From: Myxococcota bacterium
GTDB lineage: Bacteria; Myxococcota_A; Polyangia; Polyangiales; Sandaracinaceae
Length of the DNA: 64,000 nucleotides
Direction: 5' to 3'
Assembly (NCBI GenBank): GCA_036149055.1
Contig: JAYZQJ010000084.1
Span: forward strand, 1 to 64,000
Program-made: the position numbers and the translations under genes
Part shown: piece by piece, positions 43,472-53,159 of the stretch
Position numbering within the stretch: the first letter of the stretch is position 1
Layout of the letters: every line of letters starts with the position of its first letter
Notes under the pieces: generated by a model
Database searches by the model: none
Seen by the model: only the letters and a program-made list of their open reading frames with translations
Told to the model about the DNA's origin: nothing

Positions 43472-45775
43472 TCACTCGCCGTGCAGCCGCAGGCTCCCGC
43501 TGACGCTCCACGCGCCGAAGACCGCCGCCCCCTCGTCGGTCAACGCCGCCCGCGCCGCCAGGGCCACGTCCACCAACCCGAGCCGCAGCTCCGCGCCGCC
43601 GCCGAGCGCGAGCGCCGCCCCGTCTCGATCCGCGCTGCCTCCATCCGCGAACGCTCCCGCGCTCCCCTCGATGGCGGCCCCGAACGCCAGCGCGTCGATC
43701 GGCGCGAAGTCGACGCCGAGGGCCCCCGCCCAGAGCCGCGCGCCCGGGTCTCGCAGATCCACCAGCGCGCCCTGCCGGGTGCGGAGCGCGAGCCACGGCG
43801 CCGGACGCCACGACGCCTCGATCGACGGCGCCAGGCGCACCCGCCCCAGGCTCTCGGGCTCCTGACGCGTCGGGATCCAGGCGCCTACGTCCACCGCGAG
43901 CCCGAGCGCGCCGCGGCCAAAGAGCAGCGCGCCCACCGAGGCGAAGAGATCGGCGTCCCCGCGCCGCTCCGGCGAGCTCGGTCGAGCGAGCACGTCGAGC
44001 TGACTGGCGAAGCCGAGCCGCAGCGGCAGCTCCGGGAGCTGGGCTCGCGCGCCCGCCCCGATCCGCACCTGGGGATCGCCCGCCGCCTCGATCGCGGTCG
44101 CGCTCAGCCACGCCGTCAGCCCGCCGCGCCGCTCGTCCCGCAGGCTCAGCCCCGACGGCCAGGCCACGTCGCCGAACGCGCTCTGGGCCGGCCGCGGCCG
44201 CGTCTCGGGCTCGGGGAGCGCCGGCTCGGGCTCCAGGTTCGGCGCGGCCCGTGGATCGCGCACCGCCAGCACCAGCGCGCCGAGCGGCACCCGCTCGCTC
44301 CCCGCCGCCACCGCCAGCCCGACCCGCGCCTCGCCCGGCGCGTTCGGCGGCGCCCGCACCTCCAGGATCACGCCGCCCTCGGTCTCCCGCGGCGGCCCCG
44401 CGTCGAAGCCCTCGGGCAGCGCCGCCACCAGGGTGCGGATCGGCGGGCCTCCCTCGGGCAGCCGCAGCCGGAGCGCGGTCGTCCGATCGCGGACCAGCGC
44501 CGCGTCGCTCTCCGCCTCCACGCGCACGTCGCGCACCACCACCGCGAGCGGCGCCGGCTCGTCCCCCGCCCGATCCCGGCACGTCACGCTGCGGCTCCCG
44601 GTCTCGCGCAGGGTCACGATGCCGCTCCACGCGCCGTCGTCGCCCTGGCAATCCATCGTGCGCGGCGCGACCAGCCAGGTCCCGGGCCAGACCCGCGGCG
44701 GCCGGGCCCCCGCGTCGGGCGTGCCGCCGCCCGGCTCCACCAGCCGCGCGAGCCGCACCGTGAACGCGCGCCAGGGCGAGCGCCGCCCCTCCAGCCCGCG
44801 CGGGTCGATGCTGGCCACCGACACGTAGACCGTGCCCTCGGGCAGCCCCTCGGCCGCGAACGAGCGCGCGTCGCCCGCCACCTCCAGCGTGGTGAGCAGC
44901 TCCGCCCCGCGCGGCGACGCCGCCACCTCCACCCGGTATCGGTCGGCGCCCCGCACCGGCTCGAAGCCCGCGCGCAGGTTCCCGCCGAGCCCCACGAAGC
45001 CGATCACCGGCCCCCGCCGCTCCACCGTCCAGCGCGGCGGAGGCAGGAGCCTCCGGGCCCGGGTCGGACGCTCGCCGCGCCGCACCACCGTGCCCGTGCC
45101 CGGCGGCAGCCGCACCCGCTCGCCGCCCGCCTCCACCGTGGCCACCCGCCGCCCGTGGTTCGCCACCCGGCTCGTGCCGTCCTCCTCCACGCTGACCACG
45201 CCGTCGCCGTCGAGGCTCGCCCGCGAGCTCGGCGTCTCCACCTCGAGCGGCGCTCGCCCGGCCAGCTCGCCCAGCCGGCTGCGCAGCGCGCCTCGCTCCA
45301 GCTCGGCGCGGGTGATCCGCCGCTGGCTCAGCCGCCGCTCCCCGCCGTACACGATCACCAGGGTCCGCTCTCGCACCGTCACCTGCGCGTCGTCGGGGAA
45401 GGTGATCTCCGCGCTCGCCGCCTCGTGGGTGCGCACCTGAGTGCCGCGCGGCAACCGCTGCCCGGCCCGTGCGTCCGCGAACGCCGCCGCGTCCGGCGCT
45501 CGCCGCTCCACCCGCCGATGCACCGCGCTCAGCGACGCCGGCGGCTCCGGCGCGGGCAGGGTGAGCACCGCGCCCGGCTCGAGCGAATGGGGCGGCGGCC
45601 CGAGCTGCGGGTTCGCCGCGTGGATCCGGGCATAGAGCTCGCCGTCCCCGTAGACCCGGGCGGCGATGCCCCGGCAGGTGTCGCCCTCCCGCACCGTGTA
45701 CCGCGTCGCCTGCGCGAAGGCGGGGGAGGCGAGGAGCGCGAACAGGCTCGCGAGCGGGAGGAGGCCGCGGATCAC
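43472..45775 (-). CDS. Secreted LysM-FecR-FN3-like protein with a C-terminal beta-strand-rich domain
   Basis: AFA|Q; LysM YTVREGDTCRGIA..ANP..LEPGAVLTLP; FecR VRT..ASAEITFPD..ELERG..VETPS; YRVEVA..YVSVASIDPRGLEG; C-terminal amphipathic strands ending WSVSGSLRL. Confidence 0.75.
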   Translation of the reverse strand: MIRGLLPLASLFALLASPAFAQATRYTVREGDTCRGIAARVYGDGELYARIHAANPQLGPPPHSLEPGAVLTLPAPEPPASLSAVHRRVERRAPDAAAFADARAGQRLPRGTQVRTHEAASAEITFPDDAQVTVRERTLVIVYGGERRLSQRRITRAELERGALRSRLGELAGRAPLEVETPSSRASLDGDGVVSVEEDGTSRVANHGRRVATVEAGGERVRLPPGTGTVVRRGERPTRARRLLPPPRWTVERRGPVIGFVGLGGNLRAGFEPVRGADRYRVEVAASPRGAELLTTLEVAGDARSFAAEGLPEGTVYVSVASIDPRGLEGRRSPWRAFTVRLARLVEPGGGTPDAGARPPRVWPGTWLVAPRTMDCQGDDGAWSGIVTLRETGSRSVTCRDRAGDEPAPLAVVVRDVRVEAESDAALVRDRTTALRLRLPEGGPPIRTLVAALPEGFDAGPPRETEGGVILEVRAPPNAPGEARVGLAVAAGSERVPLGALVLAVRDPRAAPNLEPEPALPEPETRPRPAQSAFGDVAWPSGLSLRDERRGGLTAWLSATAIEAAGDPQVRIGAGARAQLPELPLRLGFASQLDVLARPSSPERRGDADLFASVGALLFGRGALGLAVDVGAWIPTRQEPESLGRVRLAPSIEASWRPAPWLALRTRQGALVDLRDPGARLWAGALGVDFAPIDALAFGAAIEGSAGAFADGGSADRDGAALALGGGAELRLGLVDVALAARAALTDEGAAVFGAWSVSGSLRLHGE

Positions 45776-45827
45776 TCGATCATGCCGCCTCGCGCCGCCC
45801 CCGACCACCGCGTGTCATGATGGCCCC

Positions 45828-46523
45828 ATGCGACGGCGGACGCTGACCGGCTGCGCGCTGCTCCTTGCGGCGTGCGGCGCCACCCACGGCGCCGACCTCG
45901 ACGGCGGCCGCGATGCTGGCCTCGACGCCGCCGTCGAGCTCGACTGCCCGACGCTCCTCGCCCTGGAAGAGGGCGCAACCTGTCACCCGGAGGGCCTCGT
46001 CTGCTTGGGGCCCTACGGCGTCCTCTGCCCGCAGCGTGAGTCGCGCTGCGTCGACGGCCGGGTGCGCCACGGCGAGACCTGGGCGCGGGACGTCTGGGTG
46101 CGGGACGCCTGGGCGCGGGACGGAGGAGCGCCGGTGTGCCCGGAGAGCGAGTCCACCGTCACCCACCTCCACGAGGCCCCCCGCGGCGAGCCGCTCGAGG
46201 TGGTCGCGAGCCAGGAGAGCGGCTTCACCAACTCGCTCACGCTCTTCTTCGTGCCTCCCCCTTTCGAGGCCTGCCGACACCCGCGCCTGAGGGTGCGTTT
46301 CTTCCCCCTCGAGGTCGACAGCTACGAGGGCACCTTCCCGATCGAGGCGCCGCTCGCGCTCGGAGACGGCGAGGTCCCGCTCTCCGGCGAGGTCGTCATC
46401 CACGCGCACGACCGAGACGAGGGGCGCTTCGCCGGTACGATCTCGATGACCGGCGGCGGCCACACCGTCGAGGGCGAGCTCACCGTCACCGCCTGCCCCG
46501 ACCTCCACCGCCCCAGCATCTAG
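45828..46523 (+). CDS. Hypothetical Cys-containing lipoprotein
   Basis: LAAC lipobox, DGG/DAG linker; internal 15-bp tandem repeat x3 at 46079-46123 (WARD/WVRD/WARD). Confidence 0.65.
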   Translation: MRRRTLTGCALLLAACGATHGADLDGGRDAGLDAAVELDCPTLLALEEGATCHPEGLVCLGPYGVLCPQRESRCVDGRVRHGETWARDVWVRDAWARDGGAPVCPESESTVTHLHEAPRGEPLEVVASQESGFTNSLTLFFVPPPFEACRHPRLRVRFFPLEVDSYEGTFPIEAPLALGDGEVPLSGEVVIHAHDRDEGRFAGTISMTGGGHTVEGELTVTACPDLHRPSI

Positions 46524-46798
46524 ACTTGCTCCAGCGCGGCCATCGCCTCCTCGAGCGACCCGCCGGTCGCCTCGCGCCAGGTCCGCGCCGCGACGATCCG
46601 CTGACCCGCCGCCCACTGCTCGCGGGCTCGCGCGACCGTCGCCGGCTCCCGCGCCGGTCGCTGCCGATCCCGGTCGACCGCCTGATCCAGGTCCCCCGAT
46701 CCGGCGCCGCTCCGCACGTCCTCCACGTCGTCGCAGCGGATCCGGCCCGCGGCCACCGCCGCCCCGAACCGGGCGAGCAGCCGGTCGACCTCCTCCAT
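46520..46798 (-). CDS. Small protein with a ribosomal L7/L12-CTD-like helical motif
   Basis: GQRIVAARTWREATGGSLEEAMAALE resembles the KIxAIKxYRExTGxGLKEAK motif. Confidence 0.5.
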   Translation of the reverse strand: MEEVDRLLARFGAAVAAGRIRCDDVEDVRSGAGSGDLDQAVDRDRQRPAREPATVARAREQWAAGQRIVAARTWREATGGSLEEAMAALEQV

Positions 46799-46851
46799 GC
46801 GCCCACGATCGCCCGCCCGAAGCGCGCACGCCAGCCTCTTCCCGGAATCCG

Positions 46852-46897
46852 TTATTTGAGAAAAAGTTTGACTCGCGTGTAACCCGTCGGGGACTCT
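46852..46897 (+). promoter_or_regulatory. Sigma-70-like promoter with an AT-rich UP element
   Basis: TTATTTGAGAAAAAGT, TTGACT (46868-46873), 18 nt, GACTCT; upstream of the 46979 gene. Confidence 0.45.
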
Positions 46898-46978
46898 GAC
46901 CGCGGCCAATCCGGCCAGTGTGTGGTTGGAACCCGGTTGGGAGTGTGGATGAAAAGCGGAAGTGTGAGCCTTGGCAAC

Positions 46979-49900
46979 ATGCCGAGATGGCTAGTGATCA
47001 TCACGGCGTTCGGCCTCGTGGCCTGCGGCGGCGAGGCGCCGACCGGGGACGCGGGGAGCGACGGCGACGGAGCCGTCATCCTCGATTCGGGGCGGCCTGA
47101 TTCGGGGAGGCCTGATTCGGGGCCACCACCCGTGGAGTGCCCGGACGGCTGCCTGGTGGACGGCAGCTGCTACCCGGACGGCGCCCCCAGCCCGACCAAC
47201 CCCTGCGAGGTCTGTGACGCCTCCGTCGCCACCGACGCCTTCAGCCCGAACGACGGGGCCCGCTGCGACGACGGCTCCTTCTGCACCACGGACGACGTGT
47301 GCTCGGCCGGCGTCTGCGGCGGGACCTACCGCGACTGCGACGACGGCATCGCCTGCAACGGCGAGGAGAGCTGCGACGAGGCCGCCGGGGCCTGCGCGGC
47401 CGGCGCGCCGACCTGCGCGTCCGGGGAGATCTGCGACGCGCTGAGCAGCATGTGCGTGCTCGACTGCTCGGGCTGCCTCGTCGACGGCGTCTGCTACGGC
47501 GACGGCCAGGTCGACCCGCTGAACCCCTGCCGCGTCTGCGACCCGAGCGCGAGCCGCTCGGCCTGGAGCGACAACGACGGCGCCCGATGCGACGACGGCG
47601 CGTTCTGTACGACCGGCGACGTCTGCGCGGCCGGCGTCTGCACCGGCGGCGCCCCGCGCGCCTGCGACGACGGCGTGGCCTGCAACGGCGTCGAGACCTG
47701 CGACGAGCTCGCGAGCGCCTGCGTCGCGGGCGCGGGCACCTGCGCCGCGGACGAGGTCTGCGACGTCGGCGCCGACGCCTGCCGCGCGACCTGCACCGGC
47801 TGCGTCATCGGCGGCGTCTGCTACGGCGACGGCCAGCGCAACCCCGCCAACCAGTGCCAGGTCTGCGACCCGGCGATCGACGGCGCGGCGTGGAGCGACG
47901 ACGACGGCGCCCGCTGCGACGACGGCCTCTTCTGCACCACGGGCGACACCTGCGCGGCGGGGACCTGCGGCGGCGCGGCGCGCGACTGCGGCGACGGCAT
48001 CGCCTGCAACGGGGCCGAGACCTGCGACGAGGCCAGCGGCGCGTGCGTCGCCGGCGCCCCCACCTGCGGCAGCGGCACGCTCTGCGAGCCCGCGACCGAC
48101 AGCTGCGTCACGACCTGCGCGGGCTGCGTCATCGGCGGCGTCTGCTACGGCGACGGCCAGCTCGACCCGAGCAACCCCTGCCAGGTCTGCGACGCGGCCG
48201 TCTCGGCGACCGCCTGGACCGACAACGACGGCGCGCGCTGCGACGACGGCCTCTTCTGCACCGACGCCGACACCTGCTCGATGGGCACCTGCGCCGGCGT
48301 GGCCCGCGACTGCTCGGACGGCGTCAGCTGCAACGGCGCCGAGACCTGCGACGAGGCCGCGGGCGCCTGCACCTCGGGCAGCTCCACCTGCGCCGCCTTC
48401 GAGGTGTGCGACGTCTCGTCGGACCGCTGCGAGGCCACCTGCGCCGGCTGCGTGACCGGCGGCGTCTGCTACGCCGACGGCACCGCCAACCCCGCCAACC
48501 CCTGCGAGGTGTGCGACGTCGCCCGCTCGCGCGGCGCGTTCAGCGTGAACGACGGCGCCTCGTGCGACGACGGCCTCTTCTGCACCACCGGCGACGTCTG
48601 CGCGGGCGGCACCTGCGCCGGCACGGCGACCAACTTCTGTGACGACGGCGTCAGCTGCAACGGCGCCGAGACCTGCAGCGAGGGGAGCGACCGCTGCGTC
48701 GCCGGCGCCACCACCTGCGGCGCGGGCGAGGCCTGCGACCCGAGCGCCGACGTCTGCCGCACCACCTGCAGCGGCTGCGTCATCGGCGGCGTCTGCTACG
48801 CGCCGGCGACCACCGACCCGATGGATCCCTGTCAGGTCTGCGACCCCGCCCGGTCCACCAGCGCGTGGTCGATCAACGACGGCGGGCGCTGCGACGACGG
48901 GCTCTTCTGCACCACCGGCGACGTCTGCGACGCGAGCGGCGTCTGCGGCGGCGCGGCCCGGGACTGCGGCGACGGCGTGAGCTGCAACGGCGCCGAGACC
49001 TGCAACGAGTCGAGCGATCGCTGCGACCCCGGGGCGAGCGCCTGCGCGGCCGGGACCGTCTGCGACACCGGCGCCGACATGTGCGTCCTGACCTGCGCCG
49101 GCTGCGCGATCGGCGGCGCCTGCTACGCCCCCGGCAGCGTCAACCCGGCCAACCCGTGCGAGGTCTGCGATACCGCCGCCTCCACCTCGGGCTGGACGGC
49201 CAACGTGGGCGCGGCGTGCGACGACGGGCAGTACTGCACCACCGGCGAGGTCTGCTCGCCGGCGGGCACCTGCGGCGGCGGCGCGGCGCGTGACTGCGGC
49301 GACGGCGTGGCCTGCAACGGCAGCGAGACCTGCAACGAGATGACCGATCGCTGCGACGCCGGGACCAGCACCTGCGGCGCGGGCGCGGTCTGCGACGCGG
49401 CCAGCGACATGTGCGTGCTGAGCTGCGGCGGCGGCACCACCCAGTGCGGCGCCTCGTGCGTCGACACCGACAACGACCCCGCGAACTGCGGCGGCTGCGG
49501 CGCGGCCTGCATGGGCGCCAACGCCACCGACGTCTGCGTCGGCGGCGCCTGCCGCTACCTCTGCGACCCGGGCTACGGCGACTGCGACGCCGCGGTCGAC
49601 GGCTGCGAGACCGACCTGTCGTCCGACGCCGCGAACTGCGGCGCCTGCGGCAACGCCTGCTCCGGCGGCGCGACCTGCAGCGGCGGCGCGTGCCGCTCCT
49701 GGTCCACCAGCGCCTCGCCGGTGGCCATCCCGGCCTCGAACGGCTGCCAGCTGCTCTGGGACAGCAACGCCGACCAGATCGAGGTGCTCGACGACGGCAC
49801 CGTCGTCGTCCTCCTGCGCTGCTCCGGCCCGGGGCTCGCCATCTCGGTGAGCACCGACTCCGGCCGCACCTTCTCCTCACCGCGCAGCGTGGGCGTCGGC

Positions 49901-50677
49901 CTGCCCATCGCCGGCGCGGTCTACGCCAGCAGCGCGAGCGAGGTCTACGTGCTCTACGCGAACGGCTCCACCGTCTACGTGCGCCGCACCACCACCCTCG
50001 GCACGAGCTGGGACTCGGTGCGCGGGGTCGGCGGCCCGTTCTCGCCCTCGGGGCCCGGCCCCGCGCTCGACCTCGAGGGGCGAGGCGGCGTGCTCTACGC
50101 CACCTTCGGCAACGGCGACAGCCGCTCCTACGTGTACAGCAGCACCAACGGCGGCAACTCGTGGTCGTCGCTGCCGACGCACCCCATCGGCGGCACGAAC
50201 TACTGCCCCGACCTCGGCTTCGACTCCGGCGGAGCGCTCATGTACATGAACGAGCCCGGGCACCGGCTCTCCCGCTTCTCGGGCACCTGGATGACCGCGG
50301 GGTCGCTCGGCGGCGACTCGTACTCCGACTTCGCCATGGGCGGGACCTGGGCGTACGGCGGAGGCGCCAGCCCCACCGTGCGTCGCGCCGCGATGGCCGG
50401 CGGTCCCGTCGTCTCGCAGTCGCTCACCGGAGGCCGCGGCTCGATGGACGCCGACGACTCCGGCGACCTCTACTACTCGCGGCAGCTCGGCTCCACCGCC
50501 GTTCGACTCTACCGCTGGGTCGACGGCGCCCCCACCGTGGGCATGCCCATCGACGTGACGGTCCCCGGCGGCAGCTCCATCTCGGCCCTCGCCGCGCCGC
50601 CCAACGGCGACGTGTCGGTCACCGCCGTCTACTCCAACACCAGCCAGCCCATCGTCGTGCACGTCCAGGCGTACTGA
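46979..50677 (+). CDS. Giant Cys-rich lipoprotein: 7 repeats of about 108 aa, Stig1-like repeats and a C-terminal Asp-box (BNR) propeller
   Basis: LVAC lipobox; repeats GCxIGGVCY..NPCxVCD..NDGARCDDGLFCTTGD..CNGxETC; DPANCGGCG/DAANCGACG; STDSGRTF and STNGGNSW. Confidence 0.88.
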   Translation: MPRWLVIITAFGLVACGGEAPTGDAGSDGDGAVILDSGRPDSGRPDSGPPPVECPDGCLVDGSCYPDGAPSPTNPCEVCDASVATDAFSPNDGARCDDGSFCTTDDVCSAGVCGGTYRDCDDGIACNGEESCDEAAGACAAGAPTCASGEICDALSSMCVLDCSGCLVDGVCYGDGQVDPLNPCRVCDPSASRSAWSDNDGARCDDGAFCTTGDVCAAGVCTGGAPRACDDGVACNGVETCDELASACVAGAGTCAADEVCDVGADACRATCTGCVIGGVCYGDGQRNPANQCQVCDPAIDGAAWSDDDGARCDDGLFCTTGDTCAAGTCGGAARDCGDGIACNGAETCDEASGACVAGAPTCGSGTLCEPATDSCVTTCAGCVIGGVCYGDGQLDPSNPCQVCDAAVSATAWTDNDGARCDDGLFCTDADTCSMGTCAGVARDCSDGVSCNGAETCDEAAGACTSGSSTCAAFEVCDVSSDRCEATCAGCVTGGVCYADGTANPANPCEVCDVARSRGAFSVNDGASCDDGLFCTTGDVCAGGTCAGTATNFCDDGVSCNGAETCSEGSDRCVAGATTCGAGEACDPSADVCRTTCSGCVIGGVCYAPATTDPMDPCQVCDPARSTSAWSINDGGRCDDGLFCTTGDVCDASGVCGGAARDCGDGVSCNGAETCNESSDRCDPGASACAAGTVCDTGADMCVLTCAGCAIGGACYAPGSVNPANPCEVCDTAASTSGWTANVGAACDDGQYCTTGEVCSPAGTCGGGAARDCGDGVACNGSETCNEMTDRCDAGTSTCGAGAVCDAASDMCVLSCGGGTTQCGASCVDTDNDPANCGGCGAACMGANATDVCVGGACRYLCDPGYGDCDAAVDGCETDLSSDAANCGACGNACSGGATCSGGACRSWSTSASPVAIPASNGCQLLWDSNADQIEVLDDGTVVVLLRCSGPGLAISVSTDSGRTFSSPRSVGVGLPIAGAVYASSASEVYVLYANGSTVYVRRTTTLGTSWDSVRGVGGPFSPSGPGPALDLEGRGGVLYATFGNGDSRSYVYSSTNGGNSWSSLPTHPIGGTNYCPDLGFDSGGALMYMNEPGHRLSRFSGTWMTAGSLGGDSYSDFAMGGTWAYGGGASPTVRRAAMAGGPVVSQSLTGGRGSMDADDSGDLYYSRQLGSTAVRLYRWVDGAPTVGMPIDVTVPGGSSISALAAPPNGDVSVTAVYSNTSQPIVVHVQAY

Positions 50678-50696
50678 CACTCGGCTGCCCCGCGAG

Positions 50697-50725
50697 CGCC
50701 CCCGTCGGTCCCGCCGGCGGGGGCG
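50697..50725. terminator. Hairpin between convergent genes
   Basis: CGCCCCCGTCGG-N5-CCGGCGGGGGCG: 12-bp stem with one G-U pair. Confidence 0.5.
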
Positions 50726-50733
50726 TCCGTGGT

Positions 50734-51237
50734 TCAGGGCCCGAAGCACTCGAAGCGCAGGCCCGGCGCGACGCGCACGTCGTCGGCGGCGAAGCTCGCC
50801 ACCGGAGGCGCGCCGTCGGGGAAGGTGAGGGCGAGCCGCACGTCGACGGCGTCGTCGCTCACCGGGGTGATGGCGCCGGTGACCTCGAGGGCCTCGACGC
50901 CGTCGAAGGTGAGCGGGCCGGGATCGGCGCAGCGCCCCGGCCGCCAGAACACGCCTTGCAGCAGGAGCTCGGGCGGCAGGGCGACGTCGACGGCGCTCGG
51001 GGTGGGCCGCATCGAGGCCCCTGGCCCGGCGGGCTGCAGTGCCACCACCAGGCAGCCCTCGCCCGAGCGCGGCCGCTGCATCACGAGCTGCAGCGCCTCA
51101 CACGACCCGTCGCAGCCGCGGCTCTTGGTGCAGTACCGCCGCGCCGGCTCGGGGTCGTTGAGCCCGTGCGACAGGGCGCAGCCGGAGGTGAAGAGCGCGA
51201 AGAACAGGTTCCCGAAGACCACGGCCCACCGCGACAT
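50734..51237 (-). CDS. Hypothetical lipoprotein
   Basis: FTSGC lipobox; starts 10 nt after the kinase stop; several Cys. Confidence 0.55.
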   Translation of the reverse strand: MSRWAVVFGNLFFALFTSGCALSHGLNDPEPARRYCTKSRGCDGSCEALQLVMQRPRSGEGCLVVALQPAGPGASMRPTPSAVDVALPPELLLQGVFWRPGRCADPGPLTFDGVEALEVTGAITPVSDDAVDVRLALTFPDGAPPVASFAADDVRVAPGLRFECFGP

Positions 51238-51246
51238 GGCGCTTGT

Positions 51247-52506
51247 CTATCTCCGAGCGGGCTCCGCGTCACGCGCCGCGCGCAGCAGCTTGCGGGCCAG
51301 CTCCGCCGCCGACACCGGCCGGAGCACCACGTCGGCCGCCCCGGCGGCGAGCATCGCGGTCAGCCGCCCGAGGTCGCCCCGGTCGGCGTCGGTCAGCACC
51401 GGCGGGCCAGCCTCCGCCAGCGCCCGCACCTCGGCCTCGCTCGCGCCCGGCGCGTACAGCGCGCGCGTCGCCGCGTCGACCGGCTCGGCGTCGGTCACCA
51501 CGAACGCCGCGATCCCGTTCGCGCTCAGGCCGAGCATCAGCTCGGGCGTCACCGCGCCCACCACCCCCACCTCGGGCGCGTCGCTCCCCGCCTCCGCCCG
51601 GGGCGCGGCGTCCACCATGCGCGCGGCCCGGGCCCCGAGGTAGCCGTCGGCGCTCGCCCGCACCCGGCCGCGGTCGGGATCCGGGTCCAGCAGCGCCAGC
51701 CGGTCGCGCGCCTCGGCCGCCTCCGGCCGTCGGTCCGGGGACTTGTCGAGCATCGCCCGCCGGAGCGCGTCGAGCGCCGCCGGGACCTCGAGCCCGCCCT
51801 CGCGCGCCAGCGGCGGCGGCGGCGCGAACATCTGCTTGGTCAGCACCTCCATCTCGGTCCCCGAGAACGGCGGCCGGCCGGTGATCAGCTCGTGCAGCAC
51901 GCAGCCCAGCGCGTACACGTCGGTCGGCGGCCCCACCGCCTCGCCCCGCGCCTGTTCCGGCGAGAGATAGGCCGGGGTGCCGACCACCACGCCCTCCCGG
52001 GTCATGCGCCCGCCGGGGCCGTCCTCGGCCGCCAGGAACGCGAGCCCGAAGTCGAGCACCCGCACCGCGCCGCCCTGGAGCACCACGTTCTCCGGCTTCA
52101 GATCCCGGTGCACCAGCCCCACCGCGTGAGCCGCCGCGAGCACGTCGGCGAGCTGGGTCGCCACGTCGATCGCGGCCGCCGCGTCGAGCGGGCCCCGGCT
52201 CACCCGGGCGGCCAGCGTCTCGCCCTCGAGCAGCTCCATCGCGAGGTACGCCGTGCCCTCGTGCTCGCCGAAGTCGAAGATGGCCACCGCCGACGGATGG
52301 GGCAGCGCGCTCAGCGCCCGGGCCTCCCGCTCGAAGCGCGCCCGCGCCTTCGGGGCCGCGGTCAGCTCCGCTCGCAGCAGCTTCAGGGCCACCGGCCGCT
52401 CCATCGGCAGCTGGGTCGCCCGGTAGACCACGCCCATGCCCCCGCGCCCGAGCTCCGCCTCGACCCGGAAGCGCCCCGCGACGACTGTCCCCGCCTCGAC
52501 CTCCAC
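51247..52506 (-). CDS. Cytoplasmic Ser/Thr kinase with a degenerate receiver-like C-terminal domain
   Basis: LGRGGMG, VALK, HRDLKPEN, DFGLA, GTPAYLSPEQ; tail AMLAAGAADVVLRPVSAAELARKL. Confidence 0.9.
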   Translation of the reverse strand: MEVEAGTVVAGRFRVEAELGRGGMGVVYRATQLPMERPVALKLLRAELTAAPKARARFEREARALSALPHPSAVAIFDFGEHEGTAYLAMELLEGETLAARVSRGPLDAAAAIDVATQLADVLAAAHAVGLVHRDLKPENVVLQGGAVRVLDFGLAFLAAEDGPGGRMTREGVVVGTPAYLSPEQARGEAVGPPTDVYALGCVLHELITGRPPFSGTEMEVLTKQMFAPPPPLAREGGLEVPAALDALRRAMLDKSPDRRPEAAEARDRLALLDPDPDRGRVRASADGYLGARAARMVDAAPRAEAGSDAPEVGVVGAVTPELMLGLSANGIAAFVVTDAEPVDAATRALYAPGASEAEVRALAEAGPPVLTDADRGDLGRLTAMLAAGAADVVLRPVSAAELARKLLRAARDAEPARR

Positions 52507-52550
52507 GCCCCGTTCCTACCGGCCTGCGCGGCGGAAAGGAAGCGCGCCCG

Positions 52551-53123
52551 TCAGACGCCGCAGTCGTCGTTCACCTCGCCCCCGCACTCGCGCTGCTTGG
52601 CGACGAAGCACGCCTCGAAGGGCATCAGCGCGTGGCCGCACTCCTCCACGCAGGCCCGGGGATCGCCGCGGCGCGCGCCCGCCTGGCAGGCCGGGGACGC
52701 CCCCTCCGCGCAGCACGTCAGCCCGTCCCAGTTGCCCTGGCAGCCGCGCGCGTTGACGCAGCGGACCAGGCTCTGGAGCACGCACCCGAAGCACGCCGGG
52801 TCCCGTTCGAGGCACCGGATGTCGCAGTCCGAGTCCTCGCAGCGGGCCAGACACTCCCGGGTGCGGTCCGAGCACGCCGATCGGTCGGGCCGCGGCACCT
52901 CCGATCCGCAGAGCGGCGCGCCGGGCCCCGCGTCGCCCGGATCGACGACGACCCCCGAGTCGCGAGGCCGCGGATCCACGACCCCGGCGTCCCTCACCCC
53001 CGGAGCCCCGGCGTCGCGCGAGACCGCCCCGTCCCGCGGAGGCGCGGTCGGCGCCCCCTCCAGGTCGTGGGCCGCGTAGCAGCCGGACAAGAGACAGAGC
53101 GCGAAGGCCGAGACGAGTCGCAT
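52551..53123 (-). CDS. Cys-rich helical lipoprotein (paralog A)
   Basis: LSGC lipobox, DAG/DSG linker, CLxxC..C..RC..DPxC..C..GCQxxWDxxTCCAxxASPACxAG. Confidence 0.75.
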   Translation of the reverse strand: MRLVSAFALCLLSGCYAAHDLEGAPTAPPRDGAVSRDAGAPGVRDAGVVDPRPRDSGVVVDPGDAGPGAPLCGSEVPRPDRSACSDRTRECLARCEDSDCDIRCLERDPACFGCVLQSLVRCVNARGCQGNWDGLTCCAEGASPACQAGARRGDPRACVEECGHALMPFEACFVAKQRECGGEVNDDCGV

Positions 53124-53159
53124 CCCGGCAGCGTCGGCGGCCCCGCGTCACCCGGCGCG

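Noticed and set aside
46520..46798. Ribosomal protein L7/L12 gene
   Set aside because: Only a short CTD-like motif; no rplJ/rpoB context and the wrong N-terminus
47138..49425. Tandem ~325-bp repeats as a DGR or nucleotide-level array
   Set aside because: Divergent protein-coding Cys repeats; no reverse transcriptase and no adenine-specific TR/VR pair seen
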